DNA from: Macrostomum lignano | Taxonomy: Eukaryota | Assembly (NCBI GenBank): GCA_002269645.1 | Contig: NIVC01001128.1 | Location: 280,850-344,849, forward strand | Direction: 5' to 3' | DNA: 64,000 bases | Part shown: positions 12,235-30,100 of the stretch, in pieces | Layout: every line of letters begins with the position of its first letter | How positions within the stretch are numbered: the first letter of the stretch is position 1 | Made by a program: the position numbers and the translations under genes | Notes under the pieces: generated by a model | Database searches by the model: none | Told to the model about the DNA's origin: nothing | What the model saw: only the letters and a program-made list of their open reading frames with translations

Positions 12235-15200
12235 TCAATCTTCAGCCGCATCACCGCCGTTCCCGTTGCTGCTAGCTCCGGCGGCCTCTTCAATCGGCGC
12301 TTTCTGATGCGTCAGCGCCTCGTCGTAGCTAGGCGGCGCCGTCGGCACCATGGTGAACATCGCCAAATCCGAGCTGTCAGGCGGTGGAGCCGACGGTGTA
12401 GTAGACAAGCTTGGGTAGAGAGACGAGCTCGTCTGCTGCGACTGTTGCGTCTGCAAGCCGACAGCGCCAACTCCGTTAGGCTCCCGGAGCGCTCGAACTC
12501 CGATAGCGATTTGTTCCTCTAACAGTACGCTGACTAACTCGGACTTCCGGTAGTCTGGTCCGATGCAAACCACCTGCGATAGCGGCTGGCCGGTGACTGC
12601 CGACAGCATCTGCGTGCTGCTGGTGATCTGCGAGGGGGAGGCGGAGCGATTCCCCGTTTAGGTGAGAATTACTGGGAGCCGCAATTCCCCATCAATCTCG
12701 TGTGCCACAATTCCCCATCAATCTCATGGTTCACTGGGAGCTGCAATTCCCCATCAATCTCATGGTTCACTGGGAGCCGCAATTCCCCATCAATCTCATG
12801 GTTCAGTGTGTGCCGCAATTCCCCATCAATCTCATGGTTCAGTGGGTGCCGCAATTCCCCATCAATCTCATGGTTCACTGGGAGCTGCAATTCCCCATCA
12901 ATCTCATGGTTCAGTGTGTGCCGCAATTCCCCATCAATCTCATGGTTCAGTGTGTGCCGCAATTCCCCATCAATCTCATGGTTCAGTGGGTGCCGCAATT
13001 CCCCCATACCCCATTCCAAAAGTTTACCCACCTGAACATAGTATTCGATCTCGATCAGCTTAGTAAACTTGTCCATATCGCTGGTGACAACCCAGGGCAC
13101 CTGGATTCGAATATCCTCAGGCGTGAGTCGTTCACCCTGGCGCAGTTTGCCCAGGCTCACGTGTTTCACCAGCAGCCGCTGCACTCGACGGAACTGGGCG
13201 CCGCTGTTGCTGTATGCCTGGGGAAGAAGCGAAAGGGATCCAATGATAGAAGCTGCGCGACCAGGGAAAGACTAGAAGACAATCGTGTCTTTTTTTAATA
13301 CTCTTGACTAGGAATGAAAACAATATTCATAATTTATTCATCAGGGACTATCAGGCAGACAATCTTCTTCTTCAGGGACTATCAGGCAGACAATCTTCTT
13401 CTTCAGGGACTATCAGGCAGACAATCTTCTTCTTCAGGGACTATCAGGCAGACAATCTTCTTCTTCAGGGACTATCAGGCAGACAATCTTCTTCTTCAGG
13501 GACTATCAGGCAGACAATCTTCTTCTTCAGGGACTATCAGGCAGACAATCTTCTTCTTCAGGGACTATCAGGCAGACAATCTTCTTCTTCAGGGACTATC
13601 AGGCAGACAATCTTCTTCTTCAGGGACTATCAGGCAGACAATCTTCTTCTTCAGGGACTATCAGGCAGACAATCTTCTTCTTCAGGGACTATCAGGCAGA
13701 CAATCTTCTTCTTCAGGGACTATCAGGCAGACAATCTTCTTCTTCAGGGACTATCAGGCAGACAATCTTCTTCTTAAGGGACTATCGGGAAGACAATTTT
13801 CTTTAAGGACTATAAGGAAGACAATCTTCTTTTTTTAGGGACCATCAGGCAATCTTCTTCATCAGGACGACAATATTCTTCAGGGACTATCAGGCAGGCA
13901 ATCTTCTTCTTCAAGGACTATCTTCTGACAAGACAATCTTCTGGGGAATGCTCAATTTTGTTAAATTATGTTACAAAAAATGTTTTTTTGAGTAAACTTA
14001 CTTTCAGAATGCCCTTCTGCACCAGACAGGCGTTCAAATTCTCCAATTTAGCCTTGGAGTTGTTATAAATTTCGATTTGCAAGACAATAGTCTCCCCGAA
14101 ACCGTAGCCTCTCTTAGTGGCAACTAATCGAGCGGTTACTAGGCCGGTGTCCAATTTGGAGCGACTTGGCGACCAGGCATCGATTGGTTCGGCCAGGTGT
14201 AACCTTCCAGAGTACTTATTAAGATCTAGATCGTTAATAACAACCAGCGGTAAGGTGACCTCGTGACTTTTTCCGCCGCAGTCTAGGAAGGCGGTCAGCT
14301 TGTAGTACACCACGGTCATGAACGAGCTGGGCAGATCCGTTGGCAGGTGAAATTCGAACGGGCACTTGTAGAGTTCGTTGCGAGAAATTTTTTTGGCTGA
14401 CGGGTTCGACTGCAGGTGGCGGGTTGGGTTTGGGTTGGCAGTTAGGTAGGTTGCCTCACGAATTCCTAATCCCTTCAGGCATTTCATTAACTTCCCTAAT
14501 CCCCTCAAACATCTTCTTAACTTCCTTAATCCCCTCAGGCAGCTACTTAACTTCCCTGATCCTCTCAGGCAGCTACTTAACTTCCCTAATCCCCTCAGGC
14601 AGCTACTTAACTTCCCTAATCCTCTCAGGCAGCTACTTAACTTCCCTAATCCTCTCAGGCAGCTACTTAACTTCCCTAATCCCCTCAGGCAGCTACTTAA
14701 CTTCCTTAATCCCCTCAGGCAGCTACTTAACTTCCCTAATCCCCTCAGGCAGCTACTTAACTTCCCTAATCCCCTCAGGCAGCTACTTAACTTCCCTAAT
14801 CCCCTCAGGCAGCTACTTAACTTCCCTAATCCCCTCAGGCAGCTACTTAACTTCCCTAATCCCCTCAGGCATTTCATTAACTTCCCTAATCTCCTCAAAC
14901 ATCTTCTTAACTTCCCTAATCCCCTCAGGCAGCTACTTAACTTCCCTAATCCCCTCAGGCAGCTACTTAACTTCCCTAATCCCCTCAGGCAGCTACTTAA
15001 CTTCCCTAATCCCCTCAGGCAGCTACTTAACTTCCCTAATCCATCAATCACCTTAATTTCCTTAATCCCTTCAATAATACCTTAACTTCACTAATCCTTC
15101 AATCATCTCTTTAACTAATCTTTCCTAAGCTTTCCTTCAATCATACCTGAAGGGATTAGGGAAGTTAAGGAGATCCCTAAACTAAAGCCGGGATTGAGTA

Positions 15201-15837
15201 ACAGAAATAAAATAAGAATTACAAAAATGCGGAACTTAAATTAAATGGCATCGAGCTGGGAAAGAACCAGGTACGGGTACCAAATAGGCATCAACTAGCC
15301 ATCAAGCGACAAGGGTTCAAACTTCAAATTCACTCAGGATCCCAAAGTGAAAGCTGGTTGCGACACGACATAAGCTATGCCGCTATGAAACAAAGTACCC
15401 AGAGGCAGATGGGGCATTGGTTTAGTTCAGCTACACGATATATCCAGATTCCAGACAAACCATTCTAGTCAATACTACACTCCTGTACCAGCATTAGAGC
15501 CAGAAAATTGATTGAAGCTAAGAAGTAAGAACTGCCTGTTCCTTAAGGATATTTAATTATTATTACTATAATAATCATTACTAACCTTGGCGTAGACAAT
15601 CTGCGCCAATCGAATATAGGTCTCGTTATCTTCGCACACAGTAGTTGACCTAGAACCCGTCGCGCCCTGGCCGTCTTGGAATTCAACTTGACCGCCGCCA
15701 AACAGGTGCACCATTATTCTGGCTATGTCGACGTCTTTCTTTAATCGAAGCAGCAATTCGCCGCGTACAACGCCGCCAGTTAGAATAGGCCGGCCGGGAT
15801 TCTCTAATTTGAATTCGAAGACGTCAAGCTTGGTCAT
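12235..15837 (-). CDS. Alpha-arrestin (arrestin N/C domain protein, ARRDC/TXNIP family), about 412 aa, 4 exons
   Basis: Exons 15837-15586, 14409-14002, 13217-13032 and 12627-12235, all phase 0 with GT-AG sites. Arrestin-like motifs (VRGELLLRLKKDVDIARIMVHLFGGGQV; PFEFHLPTDLPSSF; KRGYGFGETIVLQIEIYN) and a C-terminal PPxY (APPSY). Confidence 0.85.
12676..13005. repeat. 36-bp minisatellite in arrestin intron 3, about 9 copies
   Basis: Unit GCAATTCCCCATCAATCTCATGGTTCACTGGGAGCC. Confidence 0.95.
13341..13930. repeat. 31-bp minisatellite in arrestin intron 2
   Basis: Unit CAGGGACTATCAGGCAGACAATCTTCTTCTT; about 14 near-perfect copies, then degenerate copies. Confidence 0.95.
14462..15130. repeat. 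30-bp minisatellite in arrestin intron 1
   Basis: Unit CTTCCCTAATCCCCTCAGGCAGCTACTTAA; contains CCCTAA (TTAGGG on the sense strand). Confidence 0.95.
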
Positions 15838-16412
15838 AGTCCGATTTTACAATTTAATTACCTAGTATTTAACAGCAATTAGAGAGCAATTTTCAAGACT
15901 CAAACTATTTTATGGGTTCAAATAAGTTTGAGTTAAATGAACGGACAAGGCCCAGCTGACAAGCCGCGATAATTGCAGTTCAGGCCGACTGACTGACTGA
16001 AGGGGGAAAGGAGAGGCGAGGCGGGGGTCTGCTGCTGTGTCGCTTTCGTCTATTGAGGCTTGCCTTTTGGATAGTCATAAAACCCTTCCTCTTTGCGGGA
16101 ACGTACAAGCCTGCCCCATGGGGGAGCCAATGTACGCAGAGTTCCTTTCCATTCCGCACTGGGTGGGGGTTGGGCCGAAAGAGCGGTTGAGATAAATGTA
16201 CGCACAGGGAGGGGGCCGGGCAATGAATGTACATTTATGCCTCGACCGTAGACCGCGGACCGACCCTCAAAACTGAACTATAAAGTAAGCCACTTAAATT
16301 AAGAAACGCATTTGACCAAACCCTACGGCCCCATATGGTCTTTTTTATACTGGCTGCGCAGCTAGAGGGCAAAGGCACAGCACACAGCACAGCACGCCGC
16401 ACAACTAAATTG

Positions 16413-16420
16413 CTTTTATA
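16413..16420 (-). promoter_or_regulatory. Candidate TATA box upstream of the arrestin gene
   Basis: TATAAAAG on the minus strand, with a second TATAAA at 16349-16344, both upstream of a GC-rich stretch (about 15950-16330). TSS unknown. Confidence 0.3.
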
Positions 16421-16963
16421 CAGGCAGTCTAACTAAAGGAAACATACACTACATACAACATGCCCTTTCCTGGCTACGCAATCGAACAGGAAAAGAGTTA
16501 ATTTGATAAAAGAAAGAATATAACAGCATAACGTTCACAAAGTCTATCTTACGCGCAAATAATTCACAAATCTGTATGATAATAACGTCCGCAATGAAGT
16601 CCTTTTTAGTTAAGACGGCGTTGGAGGATAGGTTAAAACTAGCTATATTTAGTTGTACTGAAATTTCATGCTCAAAACCGGAAGAGTTATGATGATAATT
16701 ATTCCTCTCCATCACAAAATTGACCTATTATGGCAATGTCTGAACCAGTATATAATTTCGCATAAACAAACTTCAACCAACAAATTTTACCATGGAAATT
16801 GAATCCAAGGCTTTTTATAAATATGAATAGATTTAGATATAGACAAATTTGTTCGCGATTCGATTTCAAACATTTAAACGAAATCGCTAGCAAAATGGAG
16901 TGAAATATACTTCTACTCGTATATACTTTTATTCTACTACTTTAAGCAGTTGAACAAGTCAAA

Positions 16964-17259
16964 GGGGTTTCAGCCTGTTAGAGCGTCGGACTTACAAGTT
17001 ACAACCAAAAGGTTGGGGCCTACTAGGAGGAGTTTGTGTCCTTGAGAAAGACACTTAACTCTGCATTGCTTCAGTTTACTCAGCTGTACGTAGAATGGGT
17101 AGAATGAGTTGATTAAGGGTGTGTGGCGACCCCCCAGTCTTTGGACTGAACAGCCGTACGCAGCCTTCAGATTCGCCGTGAAATAGCTGCGGCTGCTGAG
17201 CTGTCGGTTGCAGATCTGCTCATCAGGGTAAGGTGTAATCAATATTATTAGTATTATTA
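16964..17259 (+). mobile_element. tRNA-derived CORE-SINE remnant
   Basis: tRNA-like head (GTTAGAGCGTCGGACT). 17035-17100 TGTGTCCTTGAGAAAGACACTTAACTCTGCATTGCTTCAGTTTACTCAGCTGTACGTAGAATGGG resembles the MIR/CORE consensus as I recall it. (TAT)n tail. Confidence 0.6.
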
Positions 17260-17278
17260 AGTTGGTGAAAATAAAGTC

Positions 17279-18399
17279 ACAACAGCAAAATACGCAGCAC
17301 CGCATGTAAGTCACAGTTAGAGCAGGGCGCGTCAGATGGCAGAGCCTGAGAGCGGACGAAGTTCGCCACGTTGGCAGTGTCGGGTGCCCTAGCGTCGCAT
17401 AGCAGGCAGTCCACGTATCGACAGGTTCGGGCCTGACCCCGCCTGAAACGGGCCCTGCAAGGTGTGAGCAGCAAGACGTCCTGAACAGGTTCGGGGGCTA
17501 GGCCGGGGCCCGGATCACGTACAGTACATGTAACCCGCCAGTTGAAGTCGTTAGCGCCATCATCGAAGAATGACGGACGGGCGCTACAGCTTGGCTCGAT
17601 CGTACAGGGCCTCGGTCCTGACGCTCTCGTCAGCTGCAGCCCTGAGTGCGTCGAGTCCATGCAGCTGCTAGATGCTCCAGCGTAGCCGTCAACGTCCACG
17701 TCTCTGCGTTGTATGCAGGATGGTTTCGACCACCGCCTGCCACAGCCGAGCCCTCTGGCGGTCAGGCAGCGCTTCGGACTGGAGGACGGCTCGGATTGAA
17801 CGGAAGGCCGCCCAGGCAAGTCCTCTGCGCCGCCGGAGGTCTTCCTTCACGTGGGGCACCAGACCGCCGTGGTAAGGTGAACCACTGGCAGCGTACGAGC
17901 TTGGCCGTCTGCCCCTCTGCGCCGCGGCACGTCAGGTCCGCTGGGATGTCGGCTGGCACAGTCAGCTCCTCGGTCTTCAGTGTGTTGACAACCAGACCGA
18001 CGCTCGATGCCACCTCAACCAACCTATTGTCGATCTGGCGCTGGGCGCCTTCAACGGCCGAGAACAGGAGGGCGAGATCGTCGGCGTAGCCAAGCACGCT
18101 CAGGCGCTTTTTGCAGTGGCGGCGACTGATGCGTCTGCGCAGCAGGAAGCCGTCATCAGCCGAGGGGAGTGCGGTCCAAAGCATCCAGTCCATGCAGCAG
18201 CAGCAGCACGAAGAGGAACGGCGCTAGTGTGTCGCCCTGCAGAACAACGACATGACAGCTGCTGCGGACCCGGTAGGCTCGAAGGACAAAAGAAGCGCGG
18301 CTCTCAACACCGAGTCAAGCAAACGCCTTTCGAAAGTCAACGAAGACAAATGATCAGCGTAGACTGGCGGATGCGCGCCTCCTCGATGACACGGCGGAA
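17279..18399 (-). mobile_element. 5'-truncated, degenerate RTE non-LTR retrotransposon, related to the 28064-31528 element
   Basis: Translates DDGFLLRRR...[15 protein letters not shown]. The 3' end (plus strand acaacagcaaaatacgc) matches the 3' end of the intact copy. Frameshifts and deletions. Confidence 0.9.
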
Positions 18400-20146
18400 T
18401 TTCACCCAATTTGTTATACCAATTTATACCCAATCGACATTAACTGAACGGCCCCAAAATTCATAACTCATGCATATGTACATGCGATATACACTAGATA
18501 TATATAAAGTACATATTAAGGCTCGCGGCTCAGGTCATATCATCGAGTGAAAAATGCCTTAACTACTTACATGTGCATGTAATATAAGGAAATTATCATT
18601 ACGTAGAACGAGCAAATCTCTGGCTGGCAAATATCTGGTCAAATTTGGTTAAAAAAACAGACCAGCTCCATTGAAAACAGAAAAATGGATCAATTTTTGC
18701 TTTTTATGATTTTTTAAAACGATTTTTATGACTCAAACCAATTTTATCGATCAATGATAGAAGAACAAACGAGATATTTTATATTTAAATAAGAAATATT
18801 AAACTAATCAGTCCAGTAAACGAACTGGAGAAATTTTACAAATAGCCAATAAGCCTTCAATATTGTTAGTTTTGCAGCGGATTATTTATAAACAAATATT
18901 ACTGATACAGTAACAAAAGCAGCAACAGCAATTTCAATTTCAATGGCATGGAAAATTAAGAAATAACAAAATGACAATGACAAAAAACTGAGAGCAAATG
19001 AGCGAAAATGTTGAAGAATCAACTCGGCAACAAAATCAAATTTAAATTCGAACCAAAAAAGAACGTTTTAAAAATTTCAACGAGGTCCTTTTTAGCGCGA
19101 ATTTGAATAGGACTTTGTTTAAGTGGACGATTCCTGAAGACTATCAGATGAGCTTTCTGACCTACCAACTAGAAAATTAGCGAAAAAACATAATGTCAGA
19201 TAAACGATAAACGATAATACAATAAATTAATAAGAAAATATGCCTCTATTAACAATTGATTCTCAAATTAAAAAGTAGATTAACAAGTCCGTGACAATAG
19301 AATAGTCGAGTGCAGCAATTCAGGATGCTAATGCCCAAGGATTTACTGTATTTAACGAATTTTTTTACAAATTTAAATTTTTACAGTATAAATTATGATG
19401 ATTACGCGAATAGAAAATATGCATCAAATGAATACAGGGTAAGTTAAAATGAATTTGTGCCAATTTTAATAACAAAGCAGGCATTGTTTGCATCCATCTG
19501 CATCACCAGCAGCAGCAACACCGCCGACAAACTTGGGAGGCCAAAGAACAGCAGAAGCAGAAAAAAAATTGCAAAGACGCACACACAAAAGGGTGAGAGG
19601 CATGGCTTATGTGCATTTTCTTCTACTCTAAAAGAGAGTAGTTACAGCAGTTTTTTACACTACTAATAGTACTATAATCAAGGCTAAGAAACTTATATAA
19701 CCTACGACAGCGGAAGAGTTTCAAAACAAGTTTTCCTCAAGCCCTACTAATGGTATTGAAGATGAAAGCAAAATATAATAAATAGAAAAAATTATGCAAA
19801 AATAAATTTATTGTTTAACAAGATCCAGCAGACACGATAAGCTAGACAGGCGCAATACGGTACAGTCCTACTGTACATAAATATGTATTAGCGAAGCATT
19901 ATTGATTAATTAATTTGTTTTTTTTTCACTGGTAGCGAGTAGCAAAAATAAACTAATGGACTCGAAATACGAGTATTTAAACCAAAGAGAAACCGGATTT
20001 TGTTAATAACCGGAAAAATAACCGAGACAAAAAATAAATTTACAAAAACTCTTTACACTACTTTTGTGATGAAGTTTATATAAGTAGTCGAATAAGAATT
20101 TTTCCCAAATTTTATTCAGATTGTTTGCAAAAAATCCTGTGTTTTC

Positions 20147-25333
<5,187 letters not shown>

Positions 25334-25690
25334 TCAGTTAAGTGTTACACTACTGTTGCTACTCAATCAGATTGGTTCTGTCAGGGGATCTTTGCTGAAA
25401 TTAATTTGTCGTTGCATTATGATTATTAACTGAAGAAAGAATTGTTCATAGAAATGAAAGCGACAAAATATTTGTAAGACAATTTTAAGGCATCATTTAT
25501 TAGTGATTCTTTAGGCAAATAAGGACACTAAAGCATACATAAAGGCACAATAACAACAGTCAATATAATAATAGTGTATTAAGCATAAATTCAATTAATT
25601 AAAGCACATATTAAAATGCGATTAAAGAGTTCAATAGCCATTCATAAATAAACACTAATTGACTAGCTTACTGCATTAGTTACTTGGACA

Positions 25691-26452
25691 GATGCTAGAC
25701 TAACTAGAATTTCTGAAAAGTACAAGTCTACTCTTATTTCAGTAGTTTGTCTGCGCAAGTGTGCAGTGTCGCTTGAATTTTATGTGGCAGCTAAAATATC
25801 CTGTCTTCCTCGGTGTTTTCACCCTCAGGAGCATATGGGGTCAAGAATGAACAACAAGCACTTAACTTGATGTACACAAGTGAACGCAAAGACGTAAAGA
25901 AACTCAGCCTAGGGATCCCAATCTAGCTCAGCCAATGAGAGAGCAGTAAGGAAAGAGGTTAGTCAGACGGACAAAACTCAGTCTGGGGGGCAGGTCCAAT
26001 CTGGCTCAGCCAATCAGGGAGCAGTAAGGAGAGAGGTCAAAGTCAGACGGACGAAAATCAGCCTGGGGGACAGGCCTAACCTGGCTCAGCCAATGAGAGA
26101 GCAGTAAGGAGGGATATCAAAATCAGACACAAGCGGGCAAGAGGAAAGCCGACCTGTTTATCGGCCTGGCTGGGGGTTGGGCGCGACCCCTTTTCTCTTT
26201 TGCTTGCTATAGATTTTTCACGTTTTCTTGGAATCCTCAGTCTTGGATTTATTTCTTTTTGAATAATGCCAAGTCTGAGGCAGTCTGGAGTCAATTAAAC
26301 AAGGGTTTGCTGAAGCTAAAAAATATTCTTGTAATTTTTTTTATATTAAATTTCTGATTTTACTTTTTTGAAGGCAAAAAACGCTACGTTTGCATCTGAA
26401 GAGTAGTAGATAAGCGGATTTTTTGCGAGTGACATCTAGTAATTCTAGTATC
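25691..26452 (+). mobile_element. Non-autonomous TIR element copy A with internal CCAAT-containing repeats
   Basis: About 19-bp imperfect TIR (GATGCTAGACTAACTAGA versus TCTAGTAATTCTAGTATC). Homologous, in the opposite orientation, to 35088-35814. Confidence 0.65.
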
Positions 26453-26699
26453 CGTGGTTACTAGGCAGTAAATTTAAATCTGAACACACAAGGAAGACAA
26501 ATGATTTAGATGGAAATAATGACTTAGACTAACATTGCCAGAATCTCAATTCGTAACAGATTCCCCTGCACTGACAGCTAATGATAGGCTTATGCATTAT
26601 TTCAGCTCTGTGTCATAACGGCACTTTTAATGAGATAAAACAGAGGGCGCACTTCAGCATAATTTATTCGAAATTAATTGTGCCACGACTGAGTTCAGT

Positions 26700-27160
26700 T
26701 TCATCATCATCATCACCATTGCCATTATCTATCATCACCATTCATCATCCCTATCAATGAATAATCAGTAATCAATTAATCAATTAATAATCAATCATCA
26801 TCAACCATCACCATTATCATCATCACTATCATCATTTATGACCATCATGATTACCATCATTCCTATCATCATTAATCATCATCATCACCATTACCATTAT
26901 CCCTATCATAATCAATAATCAGCATCTCCAATCACAATTACCATTATCCCTATCATAATCAATAATCAGCATCTCCAATCACAATTACCATTATCCCTAT
27001 CATAATCAATAATCAGCATCTCCAATCACAATTACCATCATCACTATCATCATTAATCATCATCATCACCATTACCATCATCACTACCATAATTAATGAT
27101 CATCATTACCATTGTCATCATCACTATCATCATTAATCATCATCACCATATCATCGTCAT
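26700..27160. repeat. (ATC)n-derived degenerate repeat starting at the DUS4L stop codon
   Basis: CATCAT/CACCAT-rich, with a few longer repeated units around 26890-27035. Confidence 0.85.
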
Positions 27161-30100
27161 CAATCATCATTGCCACAATCCCCATTATGAGCATTGAGAA
27201 CCCACCGATTGACAAAGTCAATAACAGCGGCTACGCTGGTCAAATAATTGAAGAAATGCGCCTCAGCCCGACTCAATCGATCCTCGAGCATGTGCACCAG
27301 GTGATAGTGAAACACCGGATAGGGTAGGCCCAGACTCAAGCTCAGCCATAAAAATCGTCGAACGCACTCGTTAGGCGTTGTCAACGGCCTCTCTGGCGAG
27401 AACATGGCCGGATTGCGTATTAGGCCTCTGGCGGACATGACGCCTAAACAGCCAGTAAGAGAATGTAATCTGTCCGCGTCCAATAGATTAAACACGTCGC
27501 CATTGGCAACCAGAGCTATGCGGGTCGGCAAAATGGAGCGTAGTCGGGCTAAAGCTTCCCAGTCTGCCGGCTCGTGACGCTGGGTTGGAGTGCGACAGTG
27601 CACAGTTATCCAATCTGCTCCGGCCTTGTCGAGGGTCTGAGTGGGTAAGAGCGGCAAAAGCTATTTTTTACTTATCTCACAGACAATGTACATTCTGAAT
27701 TTGGGCGTCCATTTTTAGCACACTGGCAATGTAAATTTTGGGTTTAGGCATCTATTTCTAGCACACTGGCAATGTACATTCTGGATTTGGGCGGCTATTT
27801 TTAGCACACTGGCAATGTACATTCTGGGTTTAGGCGGCCATTTTTAGCAAACTGGCAATCTACATTCTGGGTTAGGCGTCTATTTTTAGAACACTGTTGT
27901 ACGAGCTACATTTGGGCAGCTATTTTTGTCGCACTCCAAACTGGCAATCTACATTCTGGGTTTAGGCGTTTTTAGAACACTGGCAATGTACATTCTGGGT
28001 TTAAGTGTCTATTTTTAGCACACTGGCAATGTACATTCTAGATGTGGGCGTCTATTTTTAGCAACAACAACAACAACAAAATACGCTGTCATGATGGTAA
28101 AAGTCAGCGTCACAGGGCGCGCTTCATGGCTTGGGCGCGAACAAAGGCCGCGCCACCGGCAGTGTCCGGGGCGCCGGCGTCAGCCAGCAGACAGTCGACA
28201 TAACGCCGAGTTCGCGCTTGACCTCGCCGGTAGGGTGCCTGCAGCGTGAGCAGCAGCACCTCCTGCACCGGCTGTGGGCAGTACGACTCGGCGCGGATGA
28301 GATGGCCTGCGAGCTGGAGTCGCCGACGGCGCAGTAGATCACTTGGACGTGGCAGGCCAGCGCGGCGATAGAGTGCCGCGTTGGTGACTCGCTCGACGCC
28401 GATGTTGAAGGCGGCGCGCAGCAGACCAGCGTGCGCCGCATCGACTTGCTGTTCGAGTGAGTCCGTCAGCGTCCAGGTCTCGGCGTTGTACAGCAGGACG
28501 GTCTCGATTACCGCCTGGAACAGCGCCGCCCTCTGGCGGTCCGGTAGGGCCTCGGACTGCAGGACTGCCCTCACAGAACGAAAGGCAGCCCAGGCAAGCC
28601 CGCGGCGGCGTCGCAGGTCCTCGCGAGCGTCTGGAACCAGACCGCCGAGGTAGACGAACTGCTGACATCGCGGGAGTTCGGTCGCCTGCCCGTCAGCGCC
28701 TCGGCAAAATATTGCAGCCTCGATGTCGTCCGGCACGCAGAGCACAACGGTCTTCTGCGTGTTGACCACCAGGCCGACACTCGCCGCAACGGCAACCAGC
28801 CTGTCCAGCTGCCGTTGGGCGCCCTCGACGGTCGAGGACAGCAGGGCGAGGTCGTCGGCGTAGCCAAGCACGCTGAGCCGCTTCTCCGGTTGACGTCGAC
28901 CCACGCGTCGCTGCAGCAGAAAACCGTCGTCGTCGGTAGGAAGAGCAGTCCGCAGCACCCAGTCAAGCACCAGGACGAACAGAAACGGCGCCAGCGTATC
29001 TCCCTGAAGCACTCCGGAGGATGTCTCAAAGGAGTCCGATAGGCCGTCCGGTGTTGTCACAGCAGCTGTCGTATCACGGTACATCGCCATGACGGCGGAG
29101 ATCAGCTGCTCAGGCACGTTGTACGCGCGGAGCACCATTGGAAGCACGGCTCTGACAACCGAGTCGAATGCCTTCTTGAAATCAATAAAGATTAAAATCA
29201 GTATCGACTGACGAATCCGCGCCTCCTCGATGACTCGGCGAAGAGCCAGGATCTGCGCCACTGTGCCGCGATGGGGCCGGAACCCGTTCTGCTCTGGGCG
29301 CAGGTACGGATCCAGCACGGGCTGCAACCGCGAAAGCAGCATCCGGTTGAACAGCTTCGCTGCACAGGACTGAAGGCAGATGCCTCGATGGTCTTCAAGC
29401 CTAGTGGTGCCCGGCTTCTTTGGAACAGCGACGATGTGCGCCGTGGTCCATTCGTTGGGCGCCGCCTCACCGAAGAGCACGCGGTTCATCACTCTGGCGA
29501 CCTCAGCGGCCACACAGGGGATGCGCAGCGCCTCGATGGGCACCTCGTCCGGACCCAGCGCTTTCCCGCCCGGTGACTGCTGGGCGAGCTTGACAACGTC
29601 GGCTGCGTTGACTGGGGCTACGCTGAAACTCTCCTCTGCCGGCAGCGGCGTCTCCGGCGGCAGCGTCAGACTGTCTGGCAGCGGGGGTGGCGGCGCGTTG
29701 ACGATGGCGGCGAAGAACTCGCGCAGCTCGTTCCTACGCTCGTCCGGCGTGTCACCAGCCAGGTTCAGCGGATTGCGCCGCTTTCGTCCCGTCAGAGCGT
29801 TGATGGCGGACCAGGCCACGCGCCCTCTGGCATCGGGCCCAGCGGCAGAGACAGCCTGAATGGCGTCATCGACAGCCGCTTGTTGGCGCTGCAGGTAGAC
29901 AGCTGCCAGAGCTGCCTCTGCCTCGCGGGTTGGTCGCCTGCTCAAGCGGAGCTTCTCCAGATCTTCCCTCGCTGCCTGAATCGCGGGGTCGTCCTGCCAG
30001 ACCGGCTGCCCACGTTGAGCCGGCTGCATCATCGGGACTGCTTGCTCCGCGGCGGTTCTGATTGCAGCGCACACTTCCGCATACTCGGCACTTCCACGCT

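Noticed and set aside
12662-15056. Repetitive ORFs over the arrestin introns, and likewise at 7.2-7.7, 32.7-33.7, 37.8-38.8, 41.7-42.6, 43.4-43.8, 45.8-47.1, 53.0-53.5, 54.1-54.9 and 56.2-56.6 kb
   Set aside because: Stop-free frames of tandem arrays or low-complexity tracts; most lie between well-defined GT-AG sites, and none has protein-family signal.
17160-17235. Possible hammerhead ribozyme on the minus strand (CTGATGA followed by the GCAGATCTGC hairpin)
   Set aside because: No GAAA after stem II, and no stem I/III partner or NUH site found.
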